From the NCBI GenBank assembly GCA_035650735.1, contig DASRGZ010000001.1, positions 1 through 64,000 of the forward strand: a stretch of DNA of 64,000 nucleotides, read 5' to 3'. The notes below the pieces were generated by a model. The model did no database searches, was not told the origin of the DNA, and saw only the letters and a list, made by a program, of their open reading frames with translations. Numbering within the stretch: the stretch's first letter is position 1; the number at the start of each line of letters is the position of its first letter. This DNA is from Chthonomonadaceae bacterium. Its GTDB lineage: Bacteria; Armatimonadota; Chthonomonadetes; Chthonomonadales; Chthonomonadaceae. Below, piece after piece: positions 48,601-57,765 of the stretch. Both the position numbers and the translations under genes were made by a program.

Positions 48601-49247
48601 ATGAGGGTGACGTTATCGCGGGCAGTGAAGGCGCGGTCATAGGCGTCGAGAAGGACGTCTATGCCCTTGCGTGCGATGGTGCCGCCGACGAACAGGAACT
48701 TCACCGTGTCCGGCTTGAGATGGCGGGTCTTGGGATTTGCGGCAAAGTTATAGGGCGCGACGCCGGGATGGAAGCGGGCGGGGTTGACGCCGTTGGGCAC
48801 GACGACGACCTTTTCGCCCGGCACGACGAAGCTCCTCAGATAGGTGTCGCGGACAAAAGTGGAGGGCACCCAGACTTCATCCACCGTCGCGGCGATAGAT
48901 TCCACCCAGACGCACGGCAGCGAACCGAACTCCCACGGCTGGATGAGCACGAGTTTTCCCGTCTCCGGCCTGGCAAAATTGGGCGGCCAGCGATGGCGGA
49001 CGGTGATGCGCAGGTCTTGGGGTACGGTGTCTTCCCGCGCCTGCAGGGCGGCAAAGCGGACGTCCACGCTCGCGTCGAAGGTGGGCGGCTCGTAGTGCTG
49101 AATGCCGAGGTCGAAGCGGCTGGCAAACGTCTCGTCGTCGAGCAGGGCCAGCGTCAGTTCTCGGTTGACGAGCGCCAGACTATGATGTACGAAAAAGGAG
49201 CCGTTCCATAGGATTCCCGGCTTTCCCGAAGCGATGCGTAAAGGCAT
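45669..49247 (-). CDS. Multi-domain glycosyltransferase: GT4 - TPR - GT2 - TPR
   Basis: PWEFG, FLFVG---RKG-D-LL, PYRGEGYGLPIAEAMACG; LSLCMIVKNEE, VVDTGSTDGT, WNDDFS-ARN, WLDADE, F-GRIHEQ; C-terminal TPRs. Confidence 0.92.
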   Translation of the reverse strand: MPLRIASGKPGILWNGSFFVHHSLALVNRELTLALLDDETFASRFDLGIQHYEPPTFDASVDVRFAALQAREDTVPQDLRITVRHRWPPNFARPETGKLVLIQPWEFGSLPCVWVESIAATVDEVWVPSTFVRDTYLRSFVVPGEKVVVVPNGVNPARFHPGVAPYNFAANPKTRHLKPDTVKFLFVGGTIARKGIDVLLDAYDRAFTARDNVTLIVKDFGANSFYANQGAGALIQALQAKPNAADIVYLTDDMSEAEIAALYAACDCLVHPYRGEGYGLPIAEAMACGKPTILTGYGAALDFANDANAYLIPSTLQRLPEKQISGMETVEHPFWAEPDREALRALLRRVVENREEAAAKGARAAADIAAKHTWADAARIAADRLAALSEESGATATSFALPMGLGNLGLTGLGGLRLLGDTPGLRALGDMYEDRKQAALQETRAGDWQNAADELEACLVERPDDWDVVNALAVVRFRRGEVERAHELLRKGIASAPNPRDFHHNLAFILLAQERPQEALEHALAALEFTPEETDIRRTVERAAEGVLKRARKVLRRYPEKQRAQAKRDPEYRNLMALYQRAEAALASKPQGQAADTPSAPDRPRLSLCMIVKNEERFLRNCLASARDVVDEIVVVDTGSTDGTLDIAREFGAKILSHPWNDDFSQARNVSLEHATGDWALWLDADEEIAPGCQEAFRKAIEEAPAHIGGYMVEFHNWLQSTERQPDSEMAIHHACRLFRRVPGVRFEGRIHEQNMRSLQQLGYTYARREGLVLDHFGYAAEIMSVRNKHERFIRMLTREVEECPDEAFRHFHLFNLGNAYFTFGDMENAAYYLSLAAEKPDVTEEFTVTLFTEWATALHRLGRSGEGLRACQQADGLGIQEAGIEFARGYCLLHLERYEEAEAAFRAAIAYGRDGESKFGKTGDVGVSGFKAHYGLALALVGQERHAEAIPACQQALAEKETFVEARYLLSIALAQQERTAEACRELETILAQYPDHEDARRDLGALLFNLQDYAGALPHLRWLIERLPNDFDTLTRLAVCCDTLGLLEEARDLYERLRILAPDSAEICVNLGRVLAASGAEAAAIDSFADAIHLNPRYANAYFNAGDLLYQLGVYDRAAETFLAGLEVEPEHAPGFFMLGNCYFQTRDYAAATLCYRQALALAPAHAEAQNNLELAQALAAQEAQPNQAA

Positions 49248-49282
49248 GATGTATCTCCTGATGACCTGAGCGCTCAGCCGTC

Positions 49283-49349
49283 CTCACCCCCGGCCCCCTT
49301 CCCTAATTCGCCGCTAACGCGGCAGGGAAGGGGACCGGGGGGTTAGGTT
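49283..49349. repeat. Palindromic REP-like repeat between glycosyltransferase genes
   Basis: CCCCCTTCCCT...CGCCGCTAACGCGGCAGGGAAGGGG, matching about 15225-15275. Confidence 0.7.
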
Positions 49350-51590
49350 TTAAGCAGCACGGCGGGTTCTCATCTCCTCCAGCGTCCAGAGGGGGGTGTG
49401 GGCGGCGGCGGCGTAGGCGGCCTGCTGTGGCGAGAGGTCGGCGGCGTCGCCCACGATCACGGCGTCGGCGACGTGAAACAGTTTCCAGGCATCTTCCGGC
49501 GCGAGCGGCTGGTTGAGCAGGGTAATGTTGGGCAGGGCCGAAGCGGGCAGGCCCAGATCGCGGACGAGAAACGCTTCCAGTGCGCGCAGCAGGTCTTCGG
49601 TGGGCGGGTGCGCGTGCGGGTCGGCGCGCAGCATCAACAGTGCCGGGTCTATGGGCCGGTAGGCCGCTGCAAAGGCGCGCACAAGCGCCTGCCATTGGGC
49701 CGGTTCCTGCCAATTCGGGAAGGCGAGCAGCCGCGTGAGCGGCGGCGCGGGAGCGGTGGCCTGCCGGGCCAGTTGCTTGGCCTGGTAGCGCAGGCGGTTG
49801 CAGGCGGCGCGCACGGGCGCATAGATGGGGCAGCCCTCCAGAAGCGCCGCCCACTCTTCCAGCAGCGCCAGGGCTTCGTCGGCGCGCGCCAGATCGAGAA
49901 GGAGCTGCGCCAACTCCTCCCAGGCCGTCAGCAAGAACGGCGCCTCCTCCAGCGCGCGGCGATAGGCGGCAACGGCTTCCTCTACCTGGCCGCACGCCCG
50001 AAGCGCGCGGGCCAGGAGGTACTGCGTTTCCCCCAGTTCCGGCCTGCATGCGGCGGCCTGCCCGGCATGGCGCAGGGAGAGCAGAAAATCCCCGCGCGCA
50101 TAGGCGGTCTCGGCCAGCGCCGTATGGACGCGCCAGGCCAGCAGCGTCTTAAACTTGTCGCGCCACGCCGGCGTTCCCGGCGTAAACTGCCCCCAGATGC
50201 GCTCCGCCTCCACATCGAACGTTTCAAAGCGGCGCGGGAAGTAGACGCCCCGCAGCTGCGCCGCCTCGACGTTCTCTGTTTCCAGCGCCCCGGCTACATC
50301 TCGCAGCGCCGCCTCCCCTTCGGCTGCCCGGCCCCAGACGAGATAGAGAAATCCCAGGTTTGCTCGCGCCAACAGGTAATTCGGCGCGATTTCCAGGGCG
50401 CGCTGCGCCGAGGCAATCGCCTGCTGTAAGCGGGCTTCCCGCTCCGGCGAAGGCGGCAGGCAGTTAGCCCACTCGCCATACAGGACGGCCTGCTGGTTGG
50501 CGGATTCAGGCTCCGCCTTCCATTGGTCTCTCGTTTCGGAAGGAGGAGCCAAAAGCGCCACTACTTTTGGATAGACGCGCCGGTCTGAGGAGAGGAGCCA
50601 CTGCGCGGCCCGGCGCGCTCGCCGCTCCTCGACGGAAAGCTGGCAGAAGGCGCGCGGCGCGCTGCCGGCAGCCTGCGCGCGTTTGGCGGCGATCAGCGGC
50701 TCCAGCGTGCTGAGCATCTGGGCGAAATGGTGCGCATAGGTATGATCCTGAACGCGCCGCCAGCCCGCCTCCGCGATGCGCTCCCGCTCCGCCGCGTTCT
50801 CGGGCGCGAGGTAGTAGTCGAGCAGCGCTTCCAGGTTGCTTGTATCGTAAAGAACACAGTGCTCCCTATCGGTAAACAGCGCGCGGATCTCGGCGTTCTC
50901 CGCCTCGTAGAAGAGCAGTGCGCCGCAGGCGGGAGCTTCATACGCCCGCATATTGATCTCGCCTCGGATGCTGCGGTTGAAGACGATTTTGGCGCGGTTC
51001 ATCGCCCGCACGTACTCTTCGCCAAAGATGCCGCTGGTCAGCACGACGCGGTGCTTGCGCGAAAGCCTGGCGGCGCGGGCCAGCCAGCGCGCCCGCTCCC
51101 GCTGCACCGCATGGTTAAAGTTCCCGATCATCAGCACGTCAATGTCGCGCTCAACGCCCGGCAGACGGCGGTGCTGGCTCGGATTAAAGGCCCAGAGCGG
51201 CGCGTAATGGACGTTGGAGAACCCGGCGCGGCGCAGCAATTCGCAGCCGTTGCGGTCGGCAAACAGGGCGTCGAAGGCGCCGCCGATAGCGTGCAACGCC
51301 TGCCCGCCCAGGTTCCAGTCCCCCACGACGCCGACCGTCAGGCAGTCGGCGTGCTCGATCCCATCGGGAACGGCGTTGTACTCCAGGCTCCAGTGGATAT
51401 AGACATCCGGCTTCCATCCGGCGGGACAGCGTGCCAGAAGGTCGGCCCAGGCCATGCCCGGCTCGTGAGTGACCTGCTGGTAGCCGTTGCCGAAGGCGAG
51501 GATAGCGTCCTGACAATTCTCCCGGCCCGGCAGCGGACGGTGGAGTAGGATTTCCGGCATCTGGTTGGTATGTCCGACGAGTACGCGCAT
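49350..51590 (-). CDS. CgeB / Glyco_trans_1_2-family glycosyltransferase with TPRs
   Basis: RDIDV--IGN, G-FGEEY---MNRAKIVFNRS---EINMRAYEAPACGALL, R-RIA-AG; TPR-like C-terminus. Confidence 0.85.
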   Translation of the reverse strand: MRVLVGHTNQMPEILLHRPLPGRENCQDAILAFGNGYQQVTHEPGMAWADLLARCPAGWKPDVYIHWSLEYNAVPDGIEHADCLTVGVVGDWNLGGQALHAIGGAFDALFADRNGCELLRRAGFSNVHYAPLWAFNPSQHRRLPGVERDIDVLMIGNFNHAVQRERARWLARAARLSRKHRVVLTSGIFGEEYVRAMNRAKIVFNRSIRGEINMRAYEAPACGALLFYEAENAEIRALFTDREHCVLYDTSNLEALLDYYLAPENAAERERIAEAGWRRVQDHTYAHHFAQMLSTLEPLIAAKRAQAAGSAPRAFCQLSVEERRARRAAQWLLSSDRRVYPKVVALLAPPSETRDQWKAEPESANQQAVLYGEWANCLPPSPEREARLQQAIASAQRALEIAPNYLLARANLGFLYLVWGRAAEGEAALRDVAGALETENVEAAQLRGVYFPRRFETFDVEAERIWGQFTPGTPAWRDKFKTLLAWRVHTALAETAYARGDFLLSLRHAGQAAACRPELGETQYLLARALRACGQVEEAVAAYRRALEEAPFLLTAWEELAQLLLDLARADEALALLEEWAALLEGCPIYAPVRAACNRLRYQAKQLARQATAPAPPLTRLLAFPNWQEPAQWQALVRAFAAAYRPIDPALLMLRADPHAHPPTEDLLRALEAFLVRDLGLPASALPNITLLNQPLAPEDAWKLFHVADAVIVGDAADLSPQQAAYAAAAHTPLWTLEEMRTRRAA

Positions 51591-51613
51591 GATGGTTTAC
51601 CTAACCCCTTGCG

Positions 51614-51750
51614 TAGGGTGTAGGGTATAGGGTGTAGGGTGTAGGGGCACCCTCATCCCCGGCCCTTCTCCCTGCAAGGGAGAAGGGGGAGCAGAAGCCA
51701 ACCTTGACCCTCCCCTCTCCTTTAGAAGGAGAGGGGCCGGGGGTGAGGTC
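51614..51750. repeat. Heptamer tandem repeat (TAGGGTG)n plus REP-like hairpins
   Basis: TAGGGTG TAGGGTA TAGGGTG TAGGGTG TAGGGGC; CCCTTCTCCCTGCAAGGGAGAAGGG. Confidence 0.75.
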
Positions 51751-51766
51751 TACTGGGCGAAGGTTA

Positions 51767-54700
51767 TCAGGCCAAGTGTTGCAGCTCCTCTGCGAGGATC
51801 TGGGCGACGGCAGGATAGGTGAAATGGGCCTCCAGGTCGGCGCGGGCGCGCTGCCCGATCTCGCGGCCTCCCTCCCGATCCGCAAACGCCCGGCGCATCA
51901 GGGCGCGCAGGTGCGCCACCGACGGCTCCGCCCAGCGATGGCCTCGGTACGTCGGCGTCTCGCGCCAGGCGATCTCCGGCACATCCACCAACTCGTAATC
52001 CAGCAGCAGGCTGTTCTCCGCGTTCATGAAGGCGGTCTGTCCGCTCCAGCCCGTAGCAATAACCGGCAGGCCCAGCGCCATCGCCTCCATGAAGGGACGT
52101 CCCCATCCCTCCCCGCGCGTGGGCATCACGTAACAATCGGCGGCGCGATAGAGGTTGGGCATGCGCGCATCCGGAATGTTAGCGTCCTGGAAGATGATGT
52201 CGGGAATGCGATTGGGGTCGCGGCCCAGGGTGTCGGTCAGGAAAGCGGCCACCGTATCGGCGATCTGGCCGATGGTGTAGCCCAGCGAGGAATGGGTCTT
52301 GATGAGGAGCGCGACATCCTCGTCAGGCCGGAACTCCTCCACAAACGCGCGGATCAGCACGTCCCAGCCCTTGCGCAGCGTCCAGTCGAATACCGACAGG
52401 AAGTTGAAGCCGCGCGCGCCGTTGATCCTGAGCGGCGGGCACGCCGGATCGTAGGGCTTGAGGTCAATCGCGCCCGGCACGATGCGCAGCTTCTCCGGCG
52501 GCACGCCCGCCCGCGCGAACGTCTCCCGGTTGAACTCGCCGGGCACCCAGACGGCATCCATCTGGCTGCACGCCGCCGCCCAGCCCGCCGGCAGGCGGTC
52601 GGTCTCGAACATCGTGCGGCCTACGTTGGCGCGAACCTCCGGGAGGCGCTGGAAATAGGGCGCCAGGATATGGCAGACGTGGATGGCTCCCTTCGGGAGG
52701 GGCCGCGCCATCTGCCACTGTAGGATTCGCTCCCGCTCGGCAGGCAGGACGGCTATCTTCTCGCTCCACTTGATGGGCCGCGCCGCCACCTCGATTCCGG
52801 CCTCCTCCAGCGCGAACAGGAAATGCCGTGCCTCGTCCGCGTAGCCGCTCGGATCGCGCAGCGGCGCCTGCCAGATCAGAGGAGCGGGCAGCCGGCAATC
52901 GGGGGTCGGCGGTCCGGAGGGAATGCTCCCCGTTTGCTCTTCCCGCAACCGGGCGCGCAGCTTTTCGGCGGTGGCGGCGTCGCCCATCGTCTGGGCGATA
53001 CGCAGGCGCAGATGCAGGGCCTCCGCGCGCAGCTCCCGGTTGGGCGCATGGCGCAGGGCGTCCTCGGCCTCCGCGACGGCGACGGGCGCCAGCCCCGACT
53101 CCAGCAGATCGCGCGCATAGTTGAGGCTGCCGCGCGTCGCATCCTCCGGGCGGCCCAGGTAGTCATAGGGGCATTCCGGATCGTCCTCCACGCGCACGGA
53201 GAACGGATGCGCCTCATCCCAGGTGACCTGGACGGTCGTAATGTTGCGGAAAGTGATCTCGAAGGCGCGCTGCACGTCGCGCTGGGTGTAGAGCAGAGGC
53301 ACTATCGCGCTCTTGAAGGGGATGGCGTCGAAGGGCTTGCGGCGGAAGACCAGCGTACGCGTCGGCGCCTCCCACTCGATCAGCCAGCGGTGCGTCGGGT
53401 GGCCGTAGAAGCTCTCCCAGAAGGTGTTGGGCGTCTCCAGAAAGCCGCGCCGGGCCACCCGCTGCAATTCCCGGCAGGCGGCGGCGGGGTCTGGAACGTG
53501 CTCCAGCACCATGCGGCAGCAGGCCACGTCGAACGCCCGGTCGCGGAACGGCAGCCGCTGCACATCGCCGCAGACCAACGGCTTCTCGCGGCTGATGGCC
53601 TGACCCTGCCGGTGCAGCCCCTCGAAGACATCAAAATCTACGCTCACGTCAGCGCGTCGGAGGGGCCGCTGCCCGCCGCCGACATCCAGCACGCGCTCGC
53701 CGGGCCGGATAGCCATGTCCTGCGCCAGCCGGTCGTCAAAGCTGACGAACGCATAGTAGACCTTGCCCGCGAAGTTGGACTCGATGTCTTCCTGATCCTC
53801 GCGCGGCGGCGGCAGCAGCACCAGATAGGGAGCGGACGCGCTGCCGACGGCGCTCGCGCGCAGCCGCGCGTTATAGGCGTATTCGCGGCGCTCCGGCTCC
53901 AGGCGGCCCGCCTCCGCAAAGGCCGCCAGGGCCTCCTCTTTCCGGCCCATCTGCCAGAGCGCGCAGCCGCGCGTGTTGTGGGCGATGGCCCAGTCTGGAC
54001 AGAGGACGACCGCCCGATCAACATCGGCAAGCAGGCCGATTCCCGGAATGCCGCCAAAGCGCAGCCCGTTCAGCGCGGAATCCAGGTGCGCTTCCGCCGC
54101 CTGCGCCGGAACCTCGTAATCAAAGCCGTCCGGATCGTCCTCCACGCGGAAGGCGAACGTCCCCTCCCAGGCAAACTGCGTGTACATCAGGTTGCGGAAC
54201 TGCCGCTCCCAGCGAAACCGAAAATCCTCGTCCGTGTGCCAGCGGGGACGGAGCGCATGGCGGAAGGGAGCGCGGCGGAACGGCTTACGGCGAAAGACCA
54301 GCGTCGGCTCCGTGCCGGGCAGCCGCTCCACCCAGACCAGCCAGCGGCTCGCTGGGTCGCCGCCCAGGTACTCGGCTACCGGGCTGGGAGTTTCGACAAA
54401 GCCGCGCCGGGCCACGCGCATCATCTCCCGGCAGGCGGTGGCAGGATCGAGGGCACGCTCCAGAGCCGAAACACAGTAGGCCAGGTCAAATTCACCCTCC
54501 GCAAAGGGCAGCGCCTCGATGGGACAGGGAACGCCCGCGCGCCCGGCCTGGGCGCCAGGGCCGGCAACCGCATCCGCCCGCGCAAACGGCTTGCCGCTGC
54601 CGCCGATTTCCAGCACGCGCTCGCCTGGCAGAATGCCAAGCAGCCGGGTCATCAGCTCCTCTTCGCCGGTGGGATAGTTGCGCCCGACAAAGTTGGTCAG

Positions 54701-54826
54701 CGGCACGAGACGGCGGCCCGTTCCCCAGCGCACCGGCAGCGCGCCGGCCCAGACGGACTCATCGTCCTCCTTCATGAAGAGGGCATGGGCGGCTGGAATT
54801 CGGTCGGAAGCGTCGGTAGCGATCAT
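51767..54826 (-). CDS. Tandem methyltransferase-like domains + TPR + GT4 glycosyltransferase
   Basis: PGERVLEIGG / PGERVLDVGGG, LPF----FD, REM-RVARRGF-ETP twice; SGYADEAR, TMFETDRLP, FLSVFDW--RKGWD, TRGEGWGRP-MEAM. Confidence 0.88.
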   Translation of the reverse strand: MIATDASDRIPAAHALFMKEDDESVWAGALPVRWGTGRRLVPLTNFVGRNYPTGEEELMTRLLGILPGERVLEIGGSGKPFARADAVAGPGAQAGRAGVPCPIEALPFAEGEFDLAYCVSALERALDPATACREMMRVARRGFVETPSPVAEYLGGDPASRWLVWVERLPGTEPTLVFRRKPFRRAPFRHALRPRWHTDEDFRFRWERQFRNLMYTQFAWEGTFAFRVEDDPDGFDYEVPAQAAEAHLDSALNGLRFGGIPGIGLLADVDRAVVLCPDWAIAHNTRGCALWQMGRKEEALAAFAEAGRLEPERREYAYNARLRASAVGSASAPYLVLLPPPREDQEDIESNFAGKVYYAFVSFDDRLAQDMAIRPGERVLDVGGGQRPLRRADVSVDFDVFEGLHRQGQAISREKPLVCGDVQRLPFRDRAFDVACCRMVLEHVPDPAAACRELQRVARRGFLETPNTFWESFYGHPTHRWLIEWEAPTRTLVFRRKPFDAIPFKSAIVPLLYTQRDVQRAFEITFRNITTVQVTWDEAHPFSVRVEDDPECPYDYLGRPEDATRGSLNYARDLLESGLAPVAVAEAEDALRHAPNRELRAEALHLRLRIAQTMGDAATAEKLRARLREEQTGSIPSGPPTPDCRLPAPLIWQAPLRDPSGYADEARHFLFALEEAGIEVAARPIKWSEKIAVLPAERERILQWQMARPLPKGAIHVCHILAPYFQRLPEVRANVGRTMFETDRLPAGWAAACSQMDAVWVPGEFNRETFARAGVPPEKLRIVPGAIDLKPYDPACPPLRINGARGFNFLSVFDWTLRKGWDVLIRAFVEEFRPDEDVALLIKTHSSLGYTIGQIADTVAAFLTDTLGRDPNRIPDIIFQDANIPDARMPNLYRAADCYVMPTRGEGWGRPFMEAMALGLPVIATGWSGQTAFMNAENSLLLDYELVDVPEIAWRETPTYRGHRWAEPSVAHLRALMRRAFADREGGREIGQRARADLEAHFTYPAVAQILAEELQHLA

Positions 54827-55482
54827 GGCAGTATGCCGTCCTATCCTGATCTAGCTCAGGCAAGCAGAGAAAGTGTGGAATAGGTCCTGTGGGGCACGAG
54901 AACGGCACTCCGCGCCGTCTCCGGACAAAAAGCAAGTCCCGGTAAAAATATCGGGTGGCAGGCAGGAGAACTTTAGAGAGACGAGCCGTACCTGGCCGAT
55001 CAGGCCCTCACCCCCGGCCCCTCTCCTGCTGCCATCAAAAGGTACACAACATACTTTTCATTCGACAAAATACCGAGATTTCACGTAGATGAAAGTACAA
55101 GATAGTATTCTTAGCAGGGGTATGTTATAATGATTTTCCCGGTGGTCATGCAAACCTATCTTTCACAGAGTCACAAAACTGGCACTTCGGTATGACCTTT
55201 ATCGCCGGTAGACAAGCCGCTATATAGATGACAGCGCGCCCGGATAAGTCTGTGCCATCTATATCCATCTCCATTTTCCCTCACTCGCACTTCTTCTTGC
55301 CACTGTTTCTGACCCCTTGTAACTTTGCTAGTATCGCCTGAACGCCATGCCGCTCTGTTTCCATAGGAACTAGCCTGTGCAGAATACGGGGAATTCGCCG
55401 TTTGTCGGAGGCGCGCGGGCTATGGCCCTGAGGGAACCGGGCGGCTGCCCCGATAATGAGCGCGAGGTGAGAGGAGACCGTT

Positions 55483-56103
55483 ATGTCCCCGACAACAGAG
55501 AACCTGAATGCTATCTCTCTGGATACGCTGCGCGAGATAGGCAACATCGGCGCCGGCAATGCGATGACCGCCCTGGCGGCGATGCTGGATCAGACGGTGG
55601 CTATGTCCGTGCCGCAGGTAGGCCTCGTCTCGCTCAGTCAATTTACGCAGATGGCCGGCGGGCCGGAGGCGCTGAGCGTCGGGATCTATATGCCCGTAAT
55701 GGGCGCCGCGCCGGGCCATGTGGCGTTTCTGCTGCCGGAAACCGACGCCCTGCGCCTGGCCGATAGGCTGCTGGGACGTTCCCTCGGCACGACCGCCGCG
55801 CTGGAGGAGCTAGAGCGCTCTGCGCTGATGGAGGTCGGCAATATCATGGCCTCCTCGTATCTCGTCGCCCTCTGCGAGCTGACCGGACTTTCTCTGGCTG
55901 TTGCTCCCCCGGCCCTCGCCATGGACATGACGGCGGCCATCCTATCCACCATTGCCTCGACGTTCGCTTCGGCGGAGGACAGGGCCATTACCATTGTCAC
56001 GCGCCTCCAGGAAGAGCGCGGCGTGCTAGATGGCTTCTTCATCTATGTTCCTGAGCCCGGCAGTCATGCTGCCTTGCTCGACGCCTTGCGGATGGACGGG
56101 TAA
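55483..56103 (+). CDS. cheC: Chemotaxis phosphatase CheC
   Basis: DTLREIGNIGAGNA-TAL; SALMEVGNIM--SY--AL; DM--AIL. Confidence 0.93.
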   Translation: MSPTTENLNAISLDTLREIGNIGAGNAMTALAAMLDQTVAMSVPQVGLVSLSQFTQMAGGPEALSVGIYMPVMGAAPGHVAFLLPETDALRLADRLLGRSLGTTAALEELERSALMEVGNIMASSYLVALCELTGLSLAVAPPALAMDMTAAILSTIASTFASAEDRAITIVTRLQEERGVLDGFFIYVPEPGSHAALLDALRMDG

Positions 56104-56769
56104 ATGGGAGAAGCGCTGATGGTGGGCATGGCCGAGGTCAAGGTCACCCGGTCGCCCGAGGACGTCCTGATAGCGCTGGGGCTTGGCTCCTGCATCGGCG
56201 TCTGCGCCTATGACGCGCAGGCGCGCGTGGCGGGGCTGGCCCACGTCGTTCTGCCCAACAGCGCCGGCCATGAGCCGAGCCCGGGCAAGTTCGCGGACAC
56301 GGCGATCCCGCTGCTCCTACAGGAAATGATCAAGCTGGGCGCGGTGGTCGAGCGCATTCGGGTGGCGCTGGCCGGCGGAGCGCAGCTGTTCGCGAGCGGC
56401 GGCCAGGGGACACGCCTGGAGATCGGCTCACGCAACGCCGCCGCCGTGCAGGCCGAACTGAGCAAGCGCAACCTCTGTATTCTGGCGGCCGATCTGGGCG
56501 GCTCCGTGGGGCGCACGGTAAATCTGTATGCCAACGGCTGCGTCCGGGTCAAGACCATCGGGCAGGGCGAGCGAGAACTAGTATCGCTGGCCGATCGCGA
56601 GGTACCTGCCGGCATGCCGGGCGCAGGCAGCATCCGCATCCCCGGTTCCCCCGCCGCTGCCGGACCGCCCGGCAAAACAGGGCCGGGTCCCGTCAGGGAT
56701 GCAGAAAAGAGAGCGGTATTTGAGCAAGAAGCGAGACGAAACGCATGGAGCAGCGATCGCATAGGATAA
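56104..56769 (+). CDS. cheD: Chemoreceptor glutamine deamidase CheD
   Basis: VGMAE, LGLGSCIGV, GLAHVVLP, KFADTAI, AGGAQLF, IG-RN, D-GG--GRT. Confidence 0.93.
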   Translation: MGEALMVGMAEVKVTRSPEDVLIALGLGSCIGVCAYDAQARVAGLAHVVLPNSAGHEPSPGKFADTAIPLLLQEMIKLGAVVERIRVALAGGAQLFASGGQGTRLEIGSRNAAAVQAELSKRNLCILAADLGGSVGRTVNLYANGCVRVKTIGQGERELVSLADREVPAGMPGAGSIRIPGSPAAAGPPGKTGPGPVRDAEKRAVFEQEARRNAWSSDRIG

Positions 56770-57746
56770 TTGAGGCGGAGGCAAGAGCCCGCTCTTCCGA
56801 GACCGCGCGACGGCTCCGGCAGGCAGCGGGCGCTGGCAGTCCACAGGGGCCGGCGCAGGGCGCGCGCGTCACGCTGGAGAGCATCGTCGAGGCGGTACGC
56901 CACCTGCCCGCGCTGCCCTCTGCCGTCCTCCAGATCATGCGGATGACCAACGACGAAGGCGTTTCCGCCCGCGACGTCGCCAGCGTCATCAGCACCGACC
57001 AGAGCCTGGCGGCGCGCATACTGAAACTGGCCAACTCCGCCTATTACGGCCTGCCGCGCGCCGTCGGCACCGTCAGCGATGCCGTGATCCTGCTGGGGAT
57101 GCGGACGGTGCGCAACATGGCGATTGCCGCCGCCACCCACAACACCCTGAGCAAAGAGGTGGCCGGCTATGAGCTGGGACGCGGCGACCTGTGGCGGCAC
57201 TCGCTGGCCTGCGCTCTGGCCGCTCAGATGCTGGCCGAAGTCGCCCACTATCCGGAAAAGGAGGAGGCGTTCGTCGCCGGGCTGCTTCACGACATCGGCA
57301 AGGTTGTCCTGGGAGTGCATGTCCGCGACGCGATAGCCCTGATCCAGCAGCGCGTGGAGACCGAGAACCTGACTTTTCTGGAGGCGGAGCGGGCGGTGCT
57401 GGGGTTTGACCATGCGGAGGTGGGCGGGCGCATCGCGGCCCGGTGGAACCTGCCGGCGCCGCTGGAGCAGGCCATCGCCTGCCACCATCAGCCGATGCAG
57501 AACGGCCAGGTCGCGCCGCTGACGGCCCTGGTGCATATTGCCAATATCCTCTGCCTGCTGGCGGGCGTCGGTCTGGGCGCCGATGGGCTGCACGCCAGGC
57601 TCAGCGATTGCGCGCTGGAGACGCTGGGGCTGAACGCTCAGGACATCGAGCGGGTGCTGGCGCGTCTGGTGCACCGCATCGCGCAGGCCCAGCCTCTCTT
57701 TAGCGCGGAGGCCCTGCTCGATGCGCCCAGCGCCGGCAAGGGCTAA
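56745..57746 (+). CDS. HDOD-domain protein
   Basis: LPALP, DQSL-ARILKLANSAYYG, A--LLG, W-HS, AF-AGLLHDIGK, GFDHAEVG---A-RWNLP. Confidence 0.92.
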   Translation: MEQRSHRIIEAEARARSSETARRLRQAAGAGSPQGPAQGARVTLESIVEAVRHLPALPSAVLQIMRMTNDEGVSARDVASVISTDQSLAARILKLANSAYYGLPRAVGTVSDAVILLGMRTVRNMAIAAATHNTLSKEVAGYELGRGDLWRHSLACALAAQMLAEVAHYPEKEEAFVAGLLHDIGKVVLGVHVRDAIALIQQRVETENLTFLEAERAVLGFDHAEVGGRIAARWNLPAPLEQAIACHHQPMQNGQVAPLTALVHIANILCLLAGVGLGADGLHARLSDCALETLGLNAQDIERVLARLVHRIAQAQPLFSAEALLDAPSAGKG

Positions 57747-57765
57747 CCAGGAGGTGCTTCCTATC

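Noticed and set aside
8482..54883. Long antisense ORFs (8482-10476, 22368-24095, 40611-42701, 47682-49211, 52823-54883 and similar)
   Set aside because: Shadow frames of well-supported genes in high-GC DNA, with no motifs of their own.
55140..55215. c-di-GMP riboswitch upstream of cheC (GCAAACC...CACAAAA)
   Set aside because: No GAAA tetraloop/receptor or paired P2/P3 stems are recognisable.
55429..55456. Sigma28 promoter for the che operon (TGAG-N16-CCCGATAA)
   Set aside because: The -10 is close to GCCGATAA but the -35 is a poor match to TAAA; too weak to call.
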